Assembly: GCF_006345805.1 (NCBI RefSeq)
Contig: NW_021827617.1
Coordinates: 1-10,099, forward strand
DNA: 10,099 nucleotides
Direction of reading: 5' to 3'
DNA from: Octopus sinensis
Lineage: Eukaryota
Position numbers and translations under genes: made by a program
Shown: in pieces, positions 8,553 to 10,099 of the stretch
How the letters are laid out: each line of letters starts with the position of its first letter
How positions within the stretch are numbered: the stretch's first letter is position 1
Notes under the pieces: model-generated
The model's input: only the letters and a program-made list of their open reading frames with translations
Told to the model about the DNA's origin: nothing
The model's database searches: none

Positions 8553-8790
8553 AGATAGGTAGAGGTAGATAGATAGATAGATAGATAGGTAGATAGGTGA
8601 TAGATAGATAGATATGATAGATATGATAGATAGATAGATAGATAGGTAGATAGATAGATAGATAGATAGATAGATCGATAGATAGATAGATAGATAGATA
8701 GATAGGTAGGTAGATAGGTAGATAGATAGGTAGGTAGATAGGTAGATAGATAGATAGATAGAATAGATAGATAGATAGATAGATAGATAA
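8553..8790. repeat. (GATA)n microsatellite with GGTA variant units
   Basis: Direct reading of the sequence. Confidence 0.97.
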
Positions 8791-9135
8791 ATAAATAATA
8801 TATGAACCAAGCTAGTTTTAAGATTAGTCTGATTGCGTTAATATATATATAGTTATATTTGTGACAGGGTCTCAGAAACGGCAGATGTTAATGAGAAGGA
8901 CAGTGACCTTCGTTATTATGACAGTTTCTTGGAAATCTATATTAGCCAGTAAGAACTGAGAAACTATGAGTTGACGTTTCATTTGTGCCTTCTTAAATGA
9001 CAGAAATGGTTCTTCGACCACCTTAATTGCTTTGGATTACGGATAGGTTCCCAGATCAGGTAACTTGCAGAAACACTTTCTAGATAAATATTGTCGACAG
9101 CCAAAATTTTGTTATAATAAAGAGTTTAGTCAATA

Positions 9136-9275
9136 TAAGGTTGTCCCAAAAGTTCGTAGAAAGTCTTGGAAAATAATGGTCTTTATTTTGAGGAATAATT
9201 TTTGTTGTTTTTGTTAGTACTTGGCGAGTAAAAATTCAATTTTCGCAAGTGTTTACGAACTTTTGGGACAGCTAA
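9136..9275. mobile_element. Tc1/mariner-type MITE, ~140 bp
   Basis: Perfect 17-bp inverted core TGTCCCAAAAGTTCGTA (9142-9158 / 9254-9270). Termini resemble mariner TTAGGTTG. TA dinucleotides at 9134-9135 and 9276-9277 fit a TA TSD. Confidence 0.8.
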
Positions 9276-9449
9276 TATAATGTTACACAGATGAGACAGG
9301 TGCAATAGTTGATCGGTGGAATTTCGGAATAGCAATCTCTTACCTCACGGAGACGGAAACGGACAAGTCATTCATTCAAAGATCAATACCATATTTTTTA
9401 ATCGGTTGGTAAATAAATAAAATAAAAGGCTATCGATAATACGATAGAA

Positions 9450-9582
9450 CGGAGTTAAAATTCCGCCAAGTCGACTTTGCCTTTCACCCTTTCGGGTCGA
9501 TAAATTAAATACCAGCTGCCCATTGGGGTCGATGTAATGGACTATCCCCTCTCCCAATTTCAGGCCTTGTGCCTATAGTAGA
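9450..9582 (+). mobile_element. 5'-truncated SINE of the same body family as 1214-1768, with a different tail
   Basis: GGAGTTAAAATTCCGCCAAGTCGACTTTGCCTTTCACCCTTTCGGGTCGATAAATTAAATACCAG followed by tail CCCAATTTCAGGCCTTGTGCCTATAGTAGAA and then (ATT)n. Confidence 0.85.
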
Positions 9583-9692
9583 ATTATTATTATTATTGTT
9601 GTTGTTGTTGTTGTTGTGAGTTGTTGTTATTATTATTCTTATTATTATCATTATTTTTATTATTATTATTATGATTATTATTAATATTATCA
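9583..9692. repeat. (ATT)n/(GTT)n trinucleotide microsatellite (SINE tail)
   Basis: Direct reading of the sequence. Confidence 0.95.
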
Positions 9693-9696
9693 TTAC

Positions 9697-9912
9697 GGGC
9701 AGCAAGCTGGCAGAATCGTTAGCACGACGGGCGAAATGCTAAGTGGTATTTCGTCTGCCGTACGTTCCGAGTTCAAACTCCGCCGAGGTAGGTCAACTTC
9801 GTCTTTAATCCTTTCAGGGTTGATAAAATAAGTACCAGTTAAATACTGGGGTCGATGCAATCGACATCCCCCCCTCCCCCAAAATTACTGCCCTTATGAC
9901 AAAATTTGAACA
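9697..9912 (+). mobile_element. Full-length SINE of the same body family, with intact tRNA-like head
   Basis: GGCAGCAAGCTGGCAGAATCGTTAGCACGACGGGCGAAATGCTAAGTGGTATTTCG, box B-like GAGTTCAAACTCC, the central block, and tail CCCCAAAATTACTGCCCTTATGACAAAATTTGAAC followed by trinucleotide repeats. Confidence 0.88.
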
Positions 9913-10022
9913 TATTACTACTACTGCTACTACACTACTACTACTACTACTCTACTACTACCGCGCTATCATCATCATCATCATCATTATTATTATTATT
10001 ATTATTATTATGTTATTATTAT
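9913..10022. repeat. (ACT)n/(CAT)n/(ATT)n compound microsatellite
   Basis: Direct reading of the sequence. Confidence 0.95.
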
Positions 10023-10023
10023 G

Positions 10024-10099
10024 TGAGAGAGCACTGCATGGCCATCAAAAGTGACACTGGGGTAACACTATACGAAGCCAGTATATATGACTAACCCGT
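10024..10099. repeat. Probable end of another interspersed repeat running off the window
   Basis: Complex sequence abutting a trinucleotide tract. It resembles, from memory only, a common octopus repeat; no internal support within the window. Confidence 0.3.

Noticed and set aside
8161-8810. Minus-strand ORFs of 102, 67 and 108 aa
   Set aside because: Mostly (TATC)n translation. Only the parts overlapping 8161-8341 reflect LINE RT sequence.
9505-10094. Poly-Ile/Asn and poly-Leu/Tyr/Ser ORFs
   Set aside because: Trinucleotide microsatellite translations.

Overview
Eukaryotic, repeat-saturated DNA with no intact host gene recognisable. The SINE types and the very high density of (GATA)n, (TA)n and (ATT)n microsatellites suggest an octopus/cephalopod genome (inference). 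Contents: (1) a decayed R4/Dong-type restriction-like-endonuclease (RLE) LINE relic with scrambled domain order, interrupted by a full-length tRNA-derived SINE with an 11-bp TSD; (2) a second SINE family present as a head plus three tandem units and as two more copies with different tails; (3) a 5'-truncated CR1/L2-group LINE nested in the tail of a CORE-type SINE; (4) three 5'-truncated copies of one L1/Tx1-clade LINE, each flanked on both sides by (TATC)n in the same relative orientation; (5) Penelope-like hammerhead-ribozyme motifs; (6) three fold-back elements and a mariner-type MITE. The best candidate for an undescribed system is a (TATC)n-microsatellite-targeting Tx1-like LINE plus a tandem-forming SINE whose last ~50 nt match that LINE's 3' end. 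All alignments were done by eye and no database search was possible.
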